Shown here piece after piece: positions 28,107 through 43,403 of a stretch of DNA of 64,000 nucleotides. Location of the stretch: assembly GCF_006345805.1 (NCBI RefSeq), contig NC_043009.1:30256001-30320000 (forward strand), read 5' to 3'. Position 1 is the stretch's first letter; every line of letters starts with the position of its first letter. The position numbers and the translations under genes were made by a program. Source of the stretch: Octopus sinensis (taxonomy: Eukaryota). The notes under the pieces were generated by a model. The model saw nothing but the letters and a program-made list of their open reading frames with translations, made no database searches and was not told the origin of the DNA.

Positions 28107-28979
28107 CGAGGTAGTATCGAGTCTTGGCCTAGTTCTGTAGCTGGCTAACAGATGGCAGCATACGGTGAGAACCAGCGGTCTTCTTCGCGAGGTAGTGTGC
28201 CGAGTGACAGCACTGTGTTCATTTCACAAGTTGTGATTTTTGTGTTTTTGTGATCACGTGTATAATGCAGTCATTTGATTTTTGTCATAGGCAGGAAGTT
28301 GGAACGAAGATCCAGTGTGAAATTTTGCGTTAAACTTGGGAAGTCTGCTACAGAGTCATTGAACGTGCTTCGAAAGATTATGCTGACGAGGCAATGGGTC
28401 GTATGGAATGTTTTGAGGCAATGGGTCGTATGGAATGTTTTGAGTGGCAGGGCGCTTCAAAAGCGGAAGAAAGTCCCTAGAAGACGATGATCGATCTGGA
28501 AGACGTGCCACGATCATCACCCCCGGAAATGAGATATTGTGCCTTAAGAATTCGTTCTCCAGAGTCAGACTGTCAATCTAAAGCTCTACTGCGACGTTTA
28601 TAAGTGTCTGAAGGAGGACATTCTACAAAAGTGACAAGATCTGTGGAGCGCGAAGATTAAACTCTCCTCACCCATGTTTCTCGCCAAAAACAACACAATA
28701 TCGCTTCTGTACCCGCCCTAATCACCAGATTTAGCACCTGCAGACTTTCCCAAATTGAAAATGCAGCTCAAAGGTCACTGTTATCGAGTTCCAGAGTGAA
28801 TCGCAGAAGGACCTCGAATAACTTACAGAAAATGACTTTCCAGACTGGATTCTAAGAGTATGGCAAGAACGCTGGGGCCGGTGTACTGTTGTTCAATATG
28901 ACTATTTCAAAAGAGATGATGTTAAACGTTAGGGAAATATAGTATTTTTTTATCAAGAGATCCTTTTGATACCACCTGG
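28107..28979 (+). mobile_element. Decayed mariner (Tc1/mariner) element with internal deletion
   Basis: TA-flanked imperfect TIRs (TA|CGAGGTAGTATC ... GATACCACCTGG|TA); KFCVKLGKSATE HTH; PP*SPDLAPADF motif; internal 27-bp tandem duplication 28388-28441. Confidence 0.88.
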
Positions 28980-29144
28980 TAAGTAAGGAAATTATCAAAC
29001 AGAAAATTTTAAACAGGAATCCGTTATAAGAAAAGATCGTTGACACGTTCACAACTATCATCGAAGCAAGCAATCAATTAACCAACATATTAATTAGTGG
29101 ACTATATCTTTGAATAATATCTTTTGCTAGTCATTTGGTCTAAT

Positions 29145-29355
29145 AATATTTTCTCCTCTAGGCACAAGGCCCGGAATTGTCGATGAGAGGCCAGTCGATT
29201 AGATCGACCCTAGTATGCAAATGGTACTTAATTTATCGACCCCGAAATGACGAAAGGAAAAGTCGACCTCGGCAGAATTAGAACTCAGATCGTAAAGACG
29301 GATGAAATACCGCTAAGCAATAAGCCCAGCGCGCCAACGTTTCTGCTAGCCGTCT
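29145..29355 (-). mobile_element. Family-A SINE
   Basis: GGTACTTAATTTATCGACCCCGAAA..GTCGACCTCGGC..GAACTCAGA..ATACCGCTAAGC. Confidence 0.85.
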
Positions 29356-30140
29356 TCATTCGGTCAAATAATAAACACATACATCGTTATTTTTGACACG
29401 TTTCTGCTTTTTCCAGAGTTCATTTTTATATCGATATACTTGAAAGTTCTTGCTGAGTTTGTCTTACATCCAAATTGAAAGAGGGTAAAGGTTATAGGAC
29501 TGGATGAAGTTTCTTCCTCGCTTTCTCGAACCAAAAACCAAGTTTTAAAACGATTTTCGTAACTTACTCAAAATTCTCGAGCCGGGCTGTTCACTCGAAC
29601 TTTTAAAAAAGGTAACCAAATTTCATTTCAAATGTCGATTAGATTCTTTTGTTTCTACGAACGGAATACTTTAAATAAGGTAATTCAAAACATGCAACAT
29701 CATGATAAAAAAAGAGATTATCACAGATGGAATGCCTTTGGTCATCGAAGTATTAATTAGGTCAGTACAGAGATAAACAAAGCAACATCTTGAAAATCAT
29801 ATTATTAACCAAGTTAGCATATTCAGACATTCCTTCTCATTTACAACTAAGCGACATATTCATTAATATATTTTTTAATGAATAAATCAGTTTTAAAAGG
29901 AAACTCCATTAACATATCTGATGTAGAGCAGATTTTTTGACGAGTCAGAGAATTTAAGAGAAATTGCAACATGTAGCATATATTATTATTCTTTTCTTAA
30001 TCTGAATTTTTGCTTTTTTAAACTTCCATATTGATAATTACAAAATCTGTCACAGTAACTTCTGAAAAATTATTCGCAAAATAACAGATATATATATATA
30101 TATATATACTGAAACAAAATGCGATAATAATAACACCGAC

Positions 30141-30249
<109 letters not shown>

Positions 30250-31273
30250 GTTATATAATGATGATGTTGATGATTATAGCTATTGGCTCTAAGATATTAT
30301 TCTTTGGAATGCGCTTTAATTAGAGGTGACAGAAGGTGGTTGAAGTCAGACATCATATTGTCTTCGTTCTAACGGATGGATGAGGCTGGTATCGGGTCAT
30401 ATAACCAAAGTGGAAATCAATGAAGGAGTTCTTTTTAAGATTTCATACATGCATACAAACATGAATACATATGTGTGTGTGTATGTATGTATATGTGTGT
30501 GTGTGTGTGTTCACATAAATAAATTAGGGTATCGGAATACCATTTGCTAGAGATAGGAGTTAACTCTCAAAAGCCACAGTGAACAAAATAACCATTAAGT
30601 ATCGAATTCGATGGACTAGGTTTACACTATCACCAATATAAGACAACGTTTAGGTCTTCATGATGTCTGTTTTTAACTGATAGATATAACGATTAAACAT
30701 CCTACCAGTTACCGTCTATTTTCTTAAGTTATGAAAAAATGCATTAAGTAATGTTCATTAAAAAGATGGGATTATCAGAGTCAAAATAATTATCAATATA
30801 TGACTAGCTCAGTACGGTTGCTGTCGAGCTACACTGAGAACTGCAACATTACAGTGCAGTCTTCGTTAATTCGTAAAAAAAGAACAATTTTACTGGGTCG
30901 CACGCCTCAGTTACCAGTTACTTTCAAGCGAGAATACTTTTAGTTGTTTATTTCTTCACAAGCAGACATGTCTGTTGCTTTTGACTCAATTAAACATTAG
31001 AAATATAACGAGCTAGGTGGGAGACGGGCTGTACCTGTAATCAGGTTGTACACGTTTATTGCTGAGTGGCGTGGATCATCATCGAATGATGTCTTATTCT
31101 TGGACAGGTGCCGGTATCGAAAAAATGACCTTAAATTTATGAGCCAAACATTAGTTATGTTCTTTCTTTTTTGGGGCGACTTCTCAATACAACAGATTTC
31201 TTTAATCTGTATATGGTGCCGATACGACTGAATTGTTTGATTGCTAGGAAAATAAACGGCAAGACTAAACAAC

Positions 31274-32472
31274 TTATTACCTCTGCCTTAGCGAAAGCGA
31301 AGGTGTTGTTTTCAGTCGTGTTTGTCTGTTTGCCCGTGGACAAAATATCTCAAGAACTGCAGAATACATTCGAATAAAACTTTCAGAGATGTTTGGCCTC
31401 GTGATTGGCACGAACTGATTAGAATTTAGGATCGATCCGTGAGCGGACGAGGATTCTGGATTATTTGTTATACTTACACTACTTTACATGATTGCGATCT
31501 TACGTTCACTTTCAAGTCTTTCTCCATTATCTCCCTTTAGGCTGTTTCCAAAGTTTTATTTTAGTTTCTCTATTATTAAGTTTACTCGCGTCTCTATCTT
31601 AGTAGAAACTGGTGGAAATCAAACTACAGAAACAAACGGCTGCAAAACCGTTCAGAAATTAAATGAAACTAACAAAATTTATAATATATTATATATGTGG
31701 AGGCGCAATGGCCCAGTGGTTTCGATTCCCAGACCGGGCATTGTGAGTGTTTATTGAGCGAAAACACCTAAAGCTCCACGAAGCTCTGGCAGGCGGTGGT
31801 AGTGATCCCTGCTGTACTCTTTCGCCACAACTTTCTCTCATTCTTTCTTCTGTTGGCCTGCTCGATTAGCCAGCGGGGTTGTGTCATTTGAAGGCTAAAA
31901 CAATGCGAAGCGTATTGTGACCAGCGATGTGTAGCAACATCTGATAGCCTGGTCGGTCACGGTGATCACAGTGATATTATATATTATACATACATATTAA
32001 CACTTTACAGTATACTTACATATATACATACATCTATACATCGATCGAAAACGACAGGAATACTAAAGGAAGGCCAGAATTTAAGAGAAGAGAAAATCAA
32101 AAGGTCTCATGCTATTCATTAAAAAAATTCCTGAGTGGAACTTATTAATTGCCACCGCCTTTGAAACTTCTTTGAATGGTGAATTTATTAACTTTGGCTT
32201 GTGTTAGAAAAGGATAAACTATTTATTACTGTTGCTAAATTTTCTACAGCCAACTTCATATTCCACGATGACCATTGGGATCGATCGGGTACCGGACAAG
32301 GATTCTGGATTATTTTCCATTTTTTTTTTATTTGTTGAGAGTGATCGGGTTCGTTTTCAGTTATCTCGAGTTTAATTCACTCATTCTCATTTTAAAACTC
32401 ATGTCTCACTAATCGTTGAGCGGACGTTGGTGTTGCCTTGGTGGAGGTTTGCGCTTTCTGAGTTCTCTTGTT
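31274..32472 (+). mobile_element. Helentron/DINE-1-like non-autonomous element (HINE)
   Basis: 5' TTATTACCTCTGCC, GTCT/GTTT-rich tract, 3' sub-TIR GGTGGAGGT followed by a short hairpin-like end and TT; internal repeat GGATCGATC..GGATTCTGGATTATTT near 31428 and 32278. Confidence 0.7.
31698..31976 (+). mobile_element. tRNA-derived SINE (family C, head partly deleted) nested in the HINE
   Basis: GGAGGCGCAATGGCCCAGTGG..TTCGATTCCC (A/B boxes); tail (TCACGGTGA)n; inserted in a TA-rich tract. Confidence 0.7.
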
Positions 32473-33069
32473 ATATTTACTTTTAGTCATGAATATTAGG
32501 ACAAAAAACTACTATCAGCTAAAAGTACATTACGAGGTATCGAATTGAAGTATTCCATCTACGGTTCAATTCTTTTGCAGATACATTTGCAATGTATTTG
32601 AGCAGAAATTTCTATCCCAGACAACTCATATAAAGTCTTCATTAAAAATAAGTTCCAGTTACTCGGGAAATATAATCAACACTAGTGTGGCATTATTCTC
32701 AGAATTAGGTTAGATTCACATTTCTTTAATAGCATGCAGTTTCAGTTAACAGGAAACCTCAATAATTCCTTCGCCTAAGGAGGAATATTCATTCACGTTA
32801 ACACTTATTAAAGGACGGAGTCTATTTAGAGACGGTTCTCATGTTCCATGTCACTATATGATATTAGCATCATTTTCCTTCCAGACGAACTGTGAATATA
32901 ATATTTAATGAGGAAATACTACTCAAAGTTGTTATATTATGAATAACCTTTCCATACAGAAACTCAGAAATACGTTTTTCATTCAATGACATGTTCTAAC
33001 TTATAATTGGATATGTACTACAATATAATAACATTTTCTCTTTAACTATATAAAGGTGAATACACGTAC

Positions 33070-33104
33070 CCGTATATATATATATATATATATGTGTGTA
33101 TATG

Positions 33105-33161
<57 letters not shown>

Positions 33162-33291
33162 AATATATATACATACGTACATATACATATTCATGAATAT
33201 GTAGCTTTTGGTTATTCAATTTCATAAAAATAGTTTTTAAGTGTGAGGTATGGTTTACCTTGTTAATTTATCGATGCAGGGGAAATACCGT

Positions 33292-33334
<43 letters not shown>

Positions 33335-33457
33335 CATACATATATATATATGTGTGTATGTATATATATATATATATATATATGCATATGTATATAGATG
33401 CATGCATATATGTATGTGTGTATGTATATATATATGCATATATATATACATATATAT

Positions 33458-33511
<54 letters not shown>

Positions 33512-33820
33512 TTTATATATATGTATATATATATGCATATATATATACATACACACATACATATATGGATGCATCTATATATATATGCATATATATATAT
33601 ATATATATATATACATACACACATACATATATGCATGCATCTATATATATATATGCATATATATATATGCACATATATATATATATGCATGCATCTATTA
33701 TATATATTATTTGCACATATCAATATATATATATGTATATAAAGCACATACGCACACATATATCTGTGCATATATATATATACGTACATATATCTATATA
33801 TATGCATGCATACAAACGCA
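33070..33820. repeat. (TA)n and degenerate TATATATGCA-type minisatellite
   Basis: Directly visible. Confidence 0.9.
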
Positions 33821-34079
33821 TAATCCTACATGTGTGCGTCTGCGTCTGTGTGCATGTGTAAATATTACATCAAACTTGACAGGCGACTCTGATTGTTGCC
33901 TTTGGTGGGACTGTTCGCCTAAAATTTACGTGAATCTGATTTAATCTAATCGAAACTTTCTATCACAACGCTCTACAACTAATGAGAAAGTTATAGCCGG
34001 CCTGGTTGATGTTTATGTGAAATTATAAAGGCAAGTAACATATCTCTAATACAATCATATATAGAAATTATGGTGTGTA

Positions 34080-34495
34080 TTTGATTGATCTACTGGTGAT
34101 CTACCTGCTGGTGCATTCGGATTTGGTGTCACACGGTACACTCTTTAAATTATTGTAGAGTTACTTCCTTTGTAACTTCATATTTGATATTCCAACGGCT
34201 CTTTTGAAGGTATCGACAAAGCGTTCTGCCATTCCGTTAGATTTGGGAAAGTATGTCGCCATTGTTATATGTTCTACCGCGGAAGTGTCCAACTATTTTA
34301 AAGTTCGCTAGACACAAATTTCGTTCCATTGTAACACAAATCTTGCAAACAATTCGTGTAAAAAATTTATCACAGTTGAGGAATTCGGCTTTTTGCAATT
34401 ACAAAGTTCTGTCCATTTCGAGAAACTTTCAGTTACAACCAAGTAGTGAGAAACATTAAAAGGACCAATGAAATCGATTAAATTTATCCACATGC
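34080..34495 (-). mobile_element. Ty3/Gypsy integrase remnant
   Basis: IDFIGPF..YLVVTESFSKWTE..LHELFARF; SNGMAERFVDTFKRA; YRVTPNP..GRSP. Confidence 0.85.
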
Positions 34496-35388
34496 TTTAT
34501 GGATGTATAAACGAATGGTTGAGATCGTTATGGAAAAAATATAATTTCAGAAGTGAGGACTCTACAAAAAATTCTATAAATCTCTTCATGTGAAGCCCAG
34601 ATATTTCGGGTGAATTCCTTAAGCTAATAGAAATAAAAACCAACTGCTGTAGAAAATTGATTTTGCACATATTTTCTTTTATTCCCATTACTTAGTTCGT
34701 CTACTTACAATGTTTAGCAGAGAGAATATAATACATGCGTTCCTATCTAAAAAGAATTAGCAGCCCAATTGTGATCCTCTCCATAAACATATTTCCTCCC
34801 CGAGAAACATCAGACTCTATTCTAACCGCTTTCTCTAACTCTATCACTACGTTATTTCTATGGAAGCTCCCCCTGTCAAAGTTTCTCTTCTCTTTCACAG
34901 CGCCTTCCTCCAGAAAAAAATATAACTGAACACAATATGAAATAGCTTTAAGTGTGAACTACAACACAAGCAGTACGTCCACTGGACTGAAGTCTACCTC
35001 CCGCAATGGTTCATAATACTGCAACATCGATATTTCTATTCATGTTTCAATGCGTCTGCCGACAACTAACAATCACAAAGAAATGAAAATTAGTTAAGTA
35101 AACGAATGTCTGTCCTTTGAAGTATTAATCTTAATAAAATAATAATATCGTAAAACGTCATGAAACAACTAAATGAACGACTAGCTTCTGTAAATACTTA
35201 GCATATATATTTATCAACTTTCAAATATTTAACTGTATTATGAATTGAATACAATTGCCTGTAATTGCAACTGTGCTCTTTGTTTTGTTATATGTGTACT
35301 TTTTGTAGAGAATATTCATCACAAATATATCATTCATTGGCTTCTGCGCACTTGGTAGATACGAGTTACTAATACAAAGCAAACGGTA

Positions 35389-35448
<60 letters not shown>

Positions 35449-35551
35449 GATGATGATGATGATGATGAAAAACAATAATAATAATACTATAATATATCAA
35501 CAAATGCCCTTATACTTATGAACATGCGTCTGTCATAGAGAGCTTGATAGG

Positions 35552-35655
<104 letters not shown>

Positions 35656-38600
35656 ATGTAGTATGTATACATATAAGTGTACATATCCACTCACATCCGT
35701 GTGTATATATTTATACATATATATATATGTATATATGTATGTATGTATGAATGTATGTATTTATACATGTACATATATGTTGTGTGTCTTCACGTGTGCG
35801 TGCATGTGTGCGTGTGTGTCAATGTGTATTTCTGTCTATCTGTGTTTGTATGTGTGTTTCTGTATGTGTGTGTGTGTGTGTGTTTGTGTGCATAGTGAAC
35901 GTGTTCAACATCTATAGCACTCTCTAAATGTGATACAGTCGTCGTCCATTCAATAATTAAGCTTTTGTTCATTTTGGATTTCATTTTAATAATGTTTTTT
36001 GTTTGATTGTTTTTCTTCTTGTATCTGTATTTCCCAATATTTTGTTATTGAACACCTTGCTCCTAGTTTTGAACTCCTTACACCCATATGAATGTCGAAA
36101 TTATTGTAATAATAGCTGGAGGAATAGTTATTGAGAAATGAATTACTTCTTATATTTAATGATTGTCTTTGTATTAACGAAGTACTTAAACACTTAATGG
36201 CATACACTTTTTGCTAACATTATAAATAAACTAATAACCTAATTCTTTCTGATTCACCAACAGATGAAATATGAATTTAGGGTAGAATATACAGCAAATC
36301 TACAATTTGAACCGATCATGATGGAACATGCATGCTATACGGAAACTCAAATTATATAACCGTCGACATTTCAAGAGCTATCTCAACAATAGATACATTT
36401 AAAGCAATAACAAATTTTTTAGGAAAAATAAACATTAGAAATAACATAATCGCAGCAAGAACATTTCATATTGATTTTATCAGTAAAGATATTATGTTGT
36501 TTGATCGGTTTCTTGTATATTCTGGCAGATTTTGTGCACTCCAAACAAAATGTAACATTGTTCTATTATCTGTCTAGGCTATGATATAAGTATAAGCTAA
36601 CACTATGGCTCTGATTCAATTCTATTATCACCACACCAAAATGTGGTGAAGGAATCAGTCTGACCTGGAACGTGTTGAAGGGAAAGCATCTGTAGCAGTG
36701 TATGATAGCATCTTAGTTTGTGGCAGGATGCCAACTGTTTTGAGTTGAACGATAGATATAAATTTCAAGTAGAAATGCTCAATTTCTAGCCATATATGAT
36801 GAAACGTAAAATATATTTGTAAAGGGATTTCATTTGAAAAAATTCATTGATGAGTTGGGTTTGAAAATGGGTGTATATAGCGGTTCCTTTTTCTAAAGAG
36901 AGAAACGGAAATTAGTTTGACACAAGTTTGTAAACTACTTTTATTTTCCTTTCAACATTTGCTTGAAATTTCCTGCTAGTTAAATTTTCATAAGGAATTA
37001 GATTTTATCTTAACTGGAATACTGCTTTGATATGCTTTAAGGGAGGTTTACGATGTAAATCCCACAGGCCACCGAAATTCTCTCGTGAGCTGTAGCTATC
37101 GCAGATGTTATTGGATTTGAATGAAACAATAATGGTCCGAAAATCATAAGAACCCTTTATTGATGAGATATTTATGCTGTCCGTTGTTTTGCCCTGTATA
37201 ACGCAACAGGAGATATAGGTCATCATCAACGCAAGAAGAGATATAATTAAATGAAAATACCCGTATATAATCAGGAGAAACTGTTCCTATATATTACAAG
37301 CATGTTTAAACACCGTTTTAAGACAGAATATATTGAATTTTTTTACACCAAATTTAAAACAGAAAATAAGTGGTTCCAACAATCATTTCTAAGATAGTAT
37401 GTTCTTAAATGGTTATATGATCAGCGAGGTGCATGTAAATACTTTTCAATGAGAGTAAATACTATATTAGAATTATTGGTTTGTTTTTGATTTCTCTTTT
37501 AAGTATCAAGAACAATTTGAAAGCAACTCCACGGAATAAACGTCGCCAAATCTTAAAAAATATCCGCAGCGTTTTTTTCTTGCCACTTTTCCGATGTCGT
37601 TTGCACAGATATATAACCAAGATGGCTAAACTGACTGGCAAGAAATTCCTCCCAAGCACACGCACAAATAAGCTTTTATTCTTATCTTATAACCACTACT
37701 ACAAAATCATCTCCCCGGTGCCAGTTGATCTGATTCCACCTGCTCCTCCACTGAAACCCCTCAAGATTCACTCATGATTCTCCCTTTCTCCACACAAGGT
37801 TTGTTCATTCACTAGCCACTCCTCTAACTATTCCTCTTTATAACTTCTTATTCCCAGAGTACACCCTTCTCGAATTCATTTGTTTTACATGACTTTTTCA
37901 AGGACACCTCAACTTGCAACTCTTGAAGTGAAATGTTTACAGCGATAAATAAGGTCTCTTTGAATACTGGCATTCGTATTTAAGGCCAGAAGCAAATCCA
38001 ATCTGCATGAACTGATATCATCGAAAACAGTCAAATGAAATCGACGACGTAGTCCTAATCATGCTGTGGCAACAATACTTCTCGTACTACCTCAAGGACA
38101 GTTTTGCTGTAACACAGAGACATATACCTTCATACGCACACATGTGCGCGCACATACAAACTCAAACACGCATATATACACAGTTATGTAGGACCACACC
38201 CAAAGAAAACGCAAAATTCACTGGTATCGAGTCGCATGTACAGAGTTTCTTCCAGACCTCTTGGATATCATGATGAATTCAGACAACGCTAAATAGAATC
38301 TAATGTATAAGATACTGTAAATTGTTTATATGGTGTATGCCTTGGAGTTATTTCTATAAAGTTACGCGGAATACATAATAGCAAGGTAGTTCCTTTCTTT
38401 GGTTTCAACGGAGGAAAACACTCGGAATAATCTGGAACAACAACTCTGTTGTGCCGAATTCATATTAAACATTATCTAGGTTTAAAATAGATTTCTGTAA
38501 GGATTAATTTTGTTTTCTCGTTAACGAGATCAGTAAATAGGTGCATTAGAGAGACAAAGTTCTGCACCAAATCTCTAAAAGCATGGCAAGATTTACAAAT

Positions 38601-39420
38601 AAAGCAAAACCTAAACCTAGTTTGTGTGCTTTGAGAGAATACAAATAGATTTGATCTCGTAATGTCATATATACGGTTTCACAGAGATGAGAGAGTTGCC
38701 AGAAATTATGTTTTATAAAACTAACATTACAGATTGTTGGGAAATTAATTATATTTTGAATCAGAGAATGATGATTATTAATTAATGAAAGAATTGATAA
38801 ATGAGTGAATATTTGATAAAAATTTGTGACATTCTGATATTCGTAATTTACCTTTTACGTCTTCATATCGTCATCATTTCGACGTTTGCATACATCATTT
38901 AACGAAATCATGCTGAATCTGTGTGATAATGATGTGTCACTCAGTGGTAGTGAATAGGATTAAAACTACTACGTAGTTTAAAGTTTTGATTTCGATTTCA
39001 CCCAGCAGACAGAATTATATTTAACCACTGAATTATGTATCACTATTAACGTGACGGTGAGATTAATTAATAAATAATTTCTTATACATAGTGATATACT
39101 GACCAAATAGAAAATGAATTGGTCTTTAGACTGAAAAGTCATGAGACTTCGACTATTATTGCTCATTCTCGATTTCATGTTGGAAAGCCTATGCCTACTT
39201 CTATGGCAGAAACAGAAACGGAATGATTCTTAAAAATACACTTTGAAATATTGATTTAATATTCATTCGAAGAAGGCGAATAAATCTATACTTTCTGGTG
39301 ACGCTTACTCTATTACCTATTATTGTAAAATGTTAAGTATCTACTGCATACCATTGTCTCAAAGCTACGATCAAACTACTTGTCAACATGCTTCACCTCA
39401 ACTAACATATATGTTTCCAT

Positions 39421-39468
<48 letters not shown>

Positions 39469-40762
39469 ACACACACACGCACGCACATACACACACACAC
39501 GCACATACACACACACACGTCATCTGTTTATATCATGCGGTAACCCAATGAGTTTAATACCAAGTATTTTTCTGATAACACAAATCCTCTGTGTTTCTAA
39601 CGCGCGCATTCATCATATTTGATGGCTAATAATATTGAGCTCATTTCTTTTATGCAGATATAGCTTTCACTCGCTATAATTCCCTGTCAAATAACCGCAT
39701 AATTCTGACACTTCATAAAGCACACCTCCTCCACAATGTGAGAAATTCGTTCTCATCAAATACAAGCTGAAATTCCATAAATGTTATGAAGACACCAGGA
39801 ATTCTTAGCATAAATTTCAGATATTTTCATATTTTATATCTCCATACTTTATTTATTCATGAGAATGCAAATATGGCCACGTATCTGGTGTCGCTGTTTG
39901 GCATATTAGTTATGGAATAAAATTATGGATGCGCCTTACAGTTAGGGCTTACGTTTTGGACATTTCTGAATAATTTTTGCTCTTTTCTTCAGCGAATGAA
40001 CAGTACAAATATACATTTACCACTAATAAGTATTGGGCCCAGCAAAAACGTAATTTTATTCAATGACTGACTCTTCTTTGTCATTTGGTTGCTGTTTTTA
40101 CTATTCAGGAAAAACGTACTGGCATTTAATAAATAATGTAGCAAATATATTAGAAATGAAACCAATTTCTGTTCAAAGAAGAACTGGATAAACCGGAATA
40201 AAGTATTGCAATTGATAATAAATTATCAACTATCATATTGATATTATATAAACTCATTCAGAGTATATAGGAAAGTTCTTTTGATGTTTAACCCCAGGTA
40301 CATCCTCTTAACCAAGGACGTTTCAAATTTCAATAATGCAATTTCTTTTTAATAAATTTTAGAAACAGATAGACTCAGTTTCCATAGAAACTTGTTTAAT
40401 GATTACATTATAAAACAAGCAAAAAAGTGAAATGTTTGTTGTTTTTGTTACTTTTGCTTTTGTTGTTGTTCCATTTTAGCTCGTGTATGCCCCCCCCCCC
40501 CACCTCGCTATAGCAGATTTCCTTATTGTATTTCTAGCCATGAAATACCTATCTTTTCTTCTTTCAAAATATATATTGAACCACATAAAACAATGTGCCC
40601 TTCTTTGTTGATGATGAAAGAACGATTGTTTAATAGATGTTTAGCTGCTTTTTCAAGCGCTTCAACTGACGAAGCAGCTATTCATTGGTTAGTTGCTGAA
40701 ATCCGGGTTCTGTTAGCAGCAGTAGTGGTGGCGCCGGTTGTAGTCAGTTAATTCTCATATAG

Positions 40763-40807
<45 letters not shown>

Positions 40808-40901
40808 TGTGTGTGTGTATATAAGTGTGCTTATGTATTTATATGTATAAACAAACACACCCACACAGACACACACACATATATATGTATATATGTATGT
40901 G

Positions 40902-40933
<32 letters not shown>

Positions 40934-41100
40934 AGTGTGTGTGTGTGTGTATGTAAATGTGATATATGACAATTATTTATATTTATAAATAAATTCCTCT
41001 ATTTACATAATATCGAGGTATCTTTCTTTCTTTTGTTGTCTTACTATTTCTATCAATATATATATATATTCGAAATAAGCAGTATGATATCAAGCAGTAA

Positions 41101-41187
41101 TGCAGTACGACCGTTTCAAGCAGATTCATTTAATTGAACAATGCAATCATTACATCAATGTTAATGCACTGCTATCTTCAGATGCAC
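41101..41187 (-). ncRNA. Type I hammerhead motif with long stem II
   Basis: TGCAT-CTGAAGA-TAGCAG...CTGCTT-GAAA-CGGTCG-TA-CTGCA on the minus strand. Confidence 0.7.
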
Positions 41188-41929
41188 AAATAGTAGGATT
41201 TTTGAAATTAATAGATAATATGTATATCCTTCCGGATATTCATATGAAAGTGCCTTGAAAGATCTTTATAGAAACCACCAAATAATGAAGTCCAAGAATG
41301 GCTATTAAACTGATTCTATATAATATTCCTTGTAATGTTTATAATTGATACATACACACCATTTATCTATTTTGGCTATGATATCATTTTGGAATTCTTA
41401 AATCTTATTTTATACAACGTAACAATATGGCTTATAAACGTTACTCCATCGTACCCCTAATAAATTTTCCCTGTATTAGCATCTTAAATTTCTTAGTGTC
41501 TTGCACCTTTAACTGGTAATTAAAATCATGATTTAAAGTCTAACCCTACGCTGCCTCTTTTGTATAGAGAGTTGCTCCTATCAAATTCACTCTTCCTAAT
41601 GTCGTATTGCCTTTCTCTTGGGGAAAAGAGACACCTATAAAACATTTTACGACTATACCTAGCCATGAGTTGTCAACTCACTTTTGTTCTTAATTTAAAT
41701 TAGATATCGTCTTCTAGTCTCAGATTTAATAGATGATAAAGAGATAAATATATTAGAAGTGAATCACAATCTATGACCCCACTGCTCCATGCGATTCAAA
41801 GGAATTGTAGTCTATTCTTAGCCACTTTACTACAATAGCAAGAACATAGTTTTCTTCCAACTCCTTACTCTGTTAAATTATTTAAGAAAAATTATATTAA
41901 TGTCCTACTTGTTAAAAATTCTATATTTT

Positions 41930-42017
41930 GTGCAGCTGAAGATAGCACTGCATTTAAATTGATGTAATCATTGCATTGTTCAATAAAATGGAGCCACTCG
42001 AAACGGTCGTATGGCAT
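41930..42017 (+). ncRNA. Type I hammerhead motif with long stem II (more degenerate copy)
   Basis: TGCAG-CTGAAGA(41936-41942)...GAAA(42000-42003)-CGGTCG-TA-TGGCA. Confidence 0.62.
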
Positions 42018-42045
42018 CATTACTTGATATCCTGTTACTTATTTC

Positions 42046-42096
<51 letters not shown>

Positions 42097-42404
42097 TGCG
42101 TGTGTGTCTGTATGTATGTATAATTATAGCTACACCATGCTTGAATATCGAATTTCTCTTCATAATTGATTATTACTATCTGTCCTAAATAAAAACCTTT
42201 TTCCTGTAAATAGAGTAACTTTCAAATGGTAGGGAAATAATATATTCATTTGAGATTAGTGTTACTTTTGTTACACCTACTACCACTACTGCCGCTGCCA
42301 CCACCACTACTACTAATAATAATAATAATAAAGAAGAAGAAGAAGAAGAAGAAGAAGAAGAAGAAGAAGAAGAAGAAGAAGAAGAAGAACAACAACAACA
42401 ACAA

Positions 42405-42650
42405 CAAGAATTCTCGCATTAGAAGCAATTTCCAAGGTCTTTGAGAAACATATTAAGAATATTGGGGCTGCTGTCAGGCTCGAAGTGATCCAGAAGTTAG
42501 CATTGTTGGATACAGCTCGCATTCTAAGGATAGTATTGTCTCTTTGAGTCACAGGAAAAGGCACTACTTGAAACCATTGGAGATTTATTATTGCCTGCTT
42601 TCAAGTAAAGAATAACCGGTAATTAAGAACTATCCGAGAGTCTTTCAGAA
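42405..42650 (+). mobile_element. R4/Dong-type LINE 3' end between trinucleotide arrays
   Basis: FEKHIKNIGAAVRLEVIQKLALLDTARILRIVLSL*, followed by (CAA)n/(TAA)n. Confidence 0.75.
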
Positions 42651-42663
42651 TAACAACGAAAAT

Positions 42664-42698
<35 letters not shown>

Positions 42699-42710
42699 AA
42701 CAACAACAAC

Positions 42711-42769
<59 letters not shown>

Positions 42770-43280
42770 CTAGCTAGTTAGATCCCTGTAAACTTTACGG
42801 AAAACAAAAAAAAATGTACTTCATTTAATACCTATCGAATAATTATGTGTAAGTAGGACCCTGGGAAATTGAGCGAAATACAAAAGCTGTAAGTACCTTT
42901 AAATAGTGACCCATGCCACCATCCTTTCAGTTACCACTCACGCAATCTCTGATTCACTCTTTTTCTCACTCATTCCTTCTCTGTCCCTCCTATCTCTCAC
43001 TTTGCCACTCACTTCAGCCATATCTCCTCTGCATAACACCTTTTTATTTCTGCTTTTCATCGCACCTCTCCCTTCAAGAGTAGAAAAGTGACAGTGACAT
43101 TAACAGGTATTTGCTGAGAGAAAGAGGGAGAGAGAAAGAGAGAGACAGATAGAGAGGGGGAGAGAGAGGCTGTGTGAGTGAGAGAGAGATGCAGACAGAC
43201 AATAAGTGTCAGACAGATAGACAGACAGATAGATAGATAGATGGATGGATGGATAGATGGATGGATAGATAGACAGACAA

Positions 43281-43403
<123 letters not shown>

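Larger units (their letters stand above)
41060..42058. mobile_element. ~1-kb non-coding element with ~145-bp terminal inverted repeats, each containing an HHR motif, flanked by (TA)n
   Basis: 41060-41205 is the diverged reverse complement of 41912-42058. Confidence 0.75.

Noticed and set aside
34700-35030. Possible solo LTR near the integrase remnant
   Set aside because: No second copy, clear termini or TSD identified
36332-37777. Short ORFs in apparently unique sequence
   Set aside because: No known motifs; lengths compatible with chance
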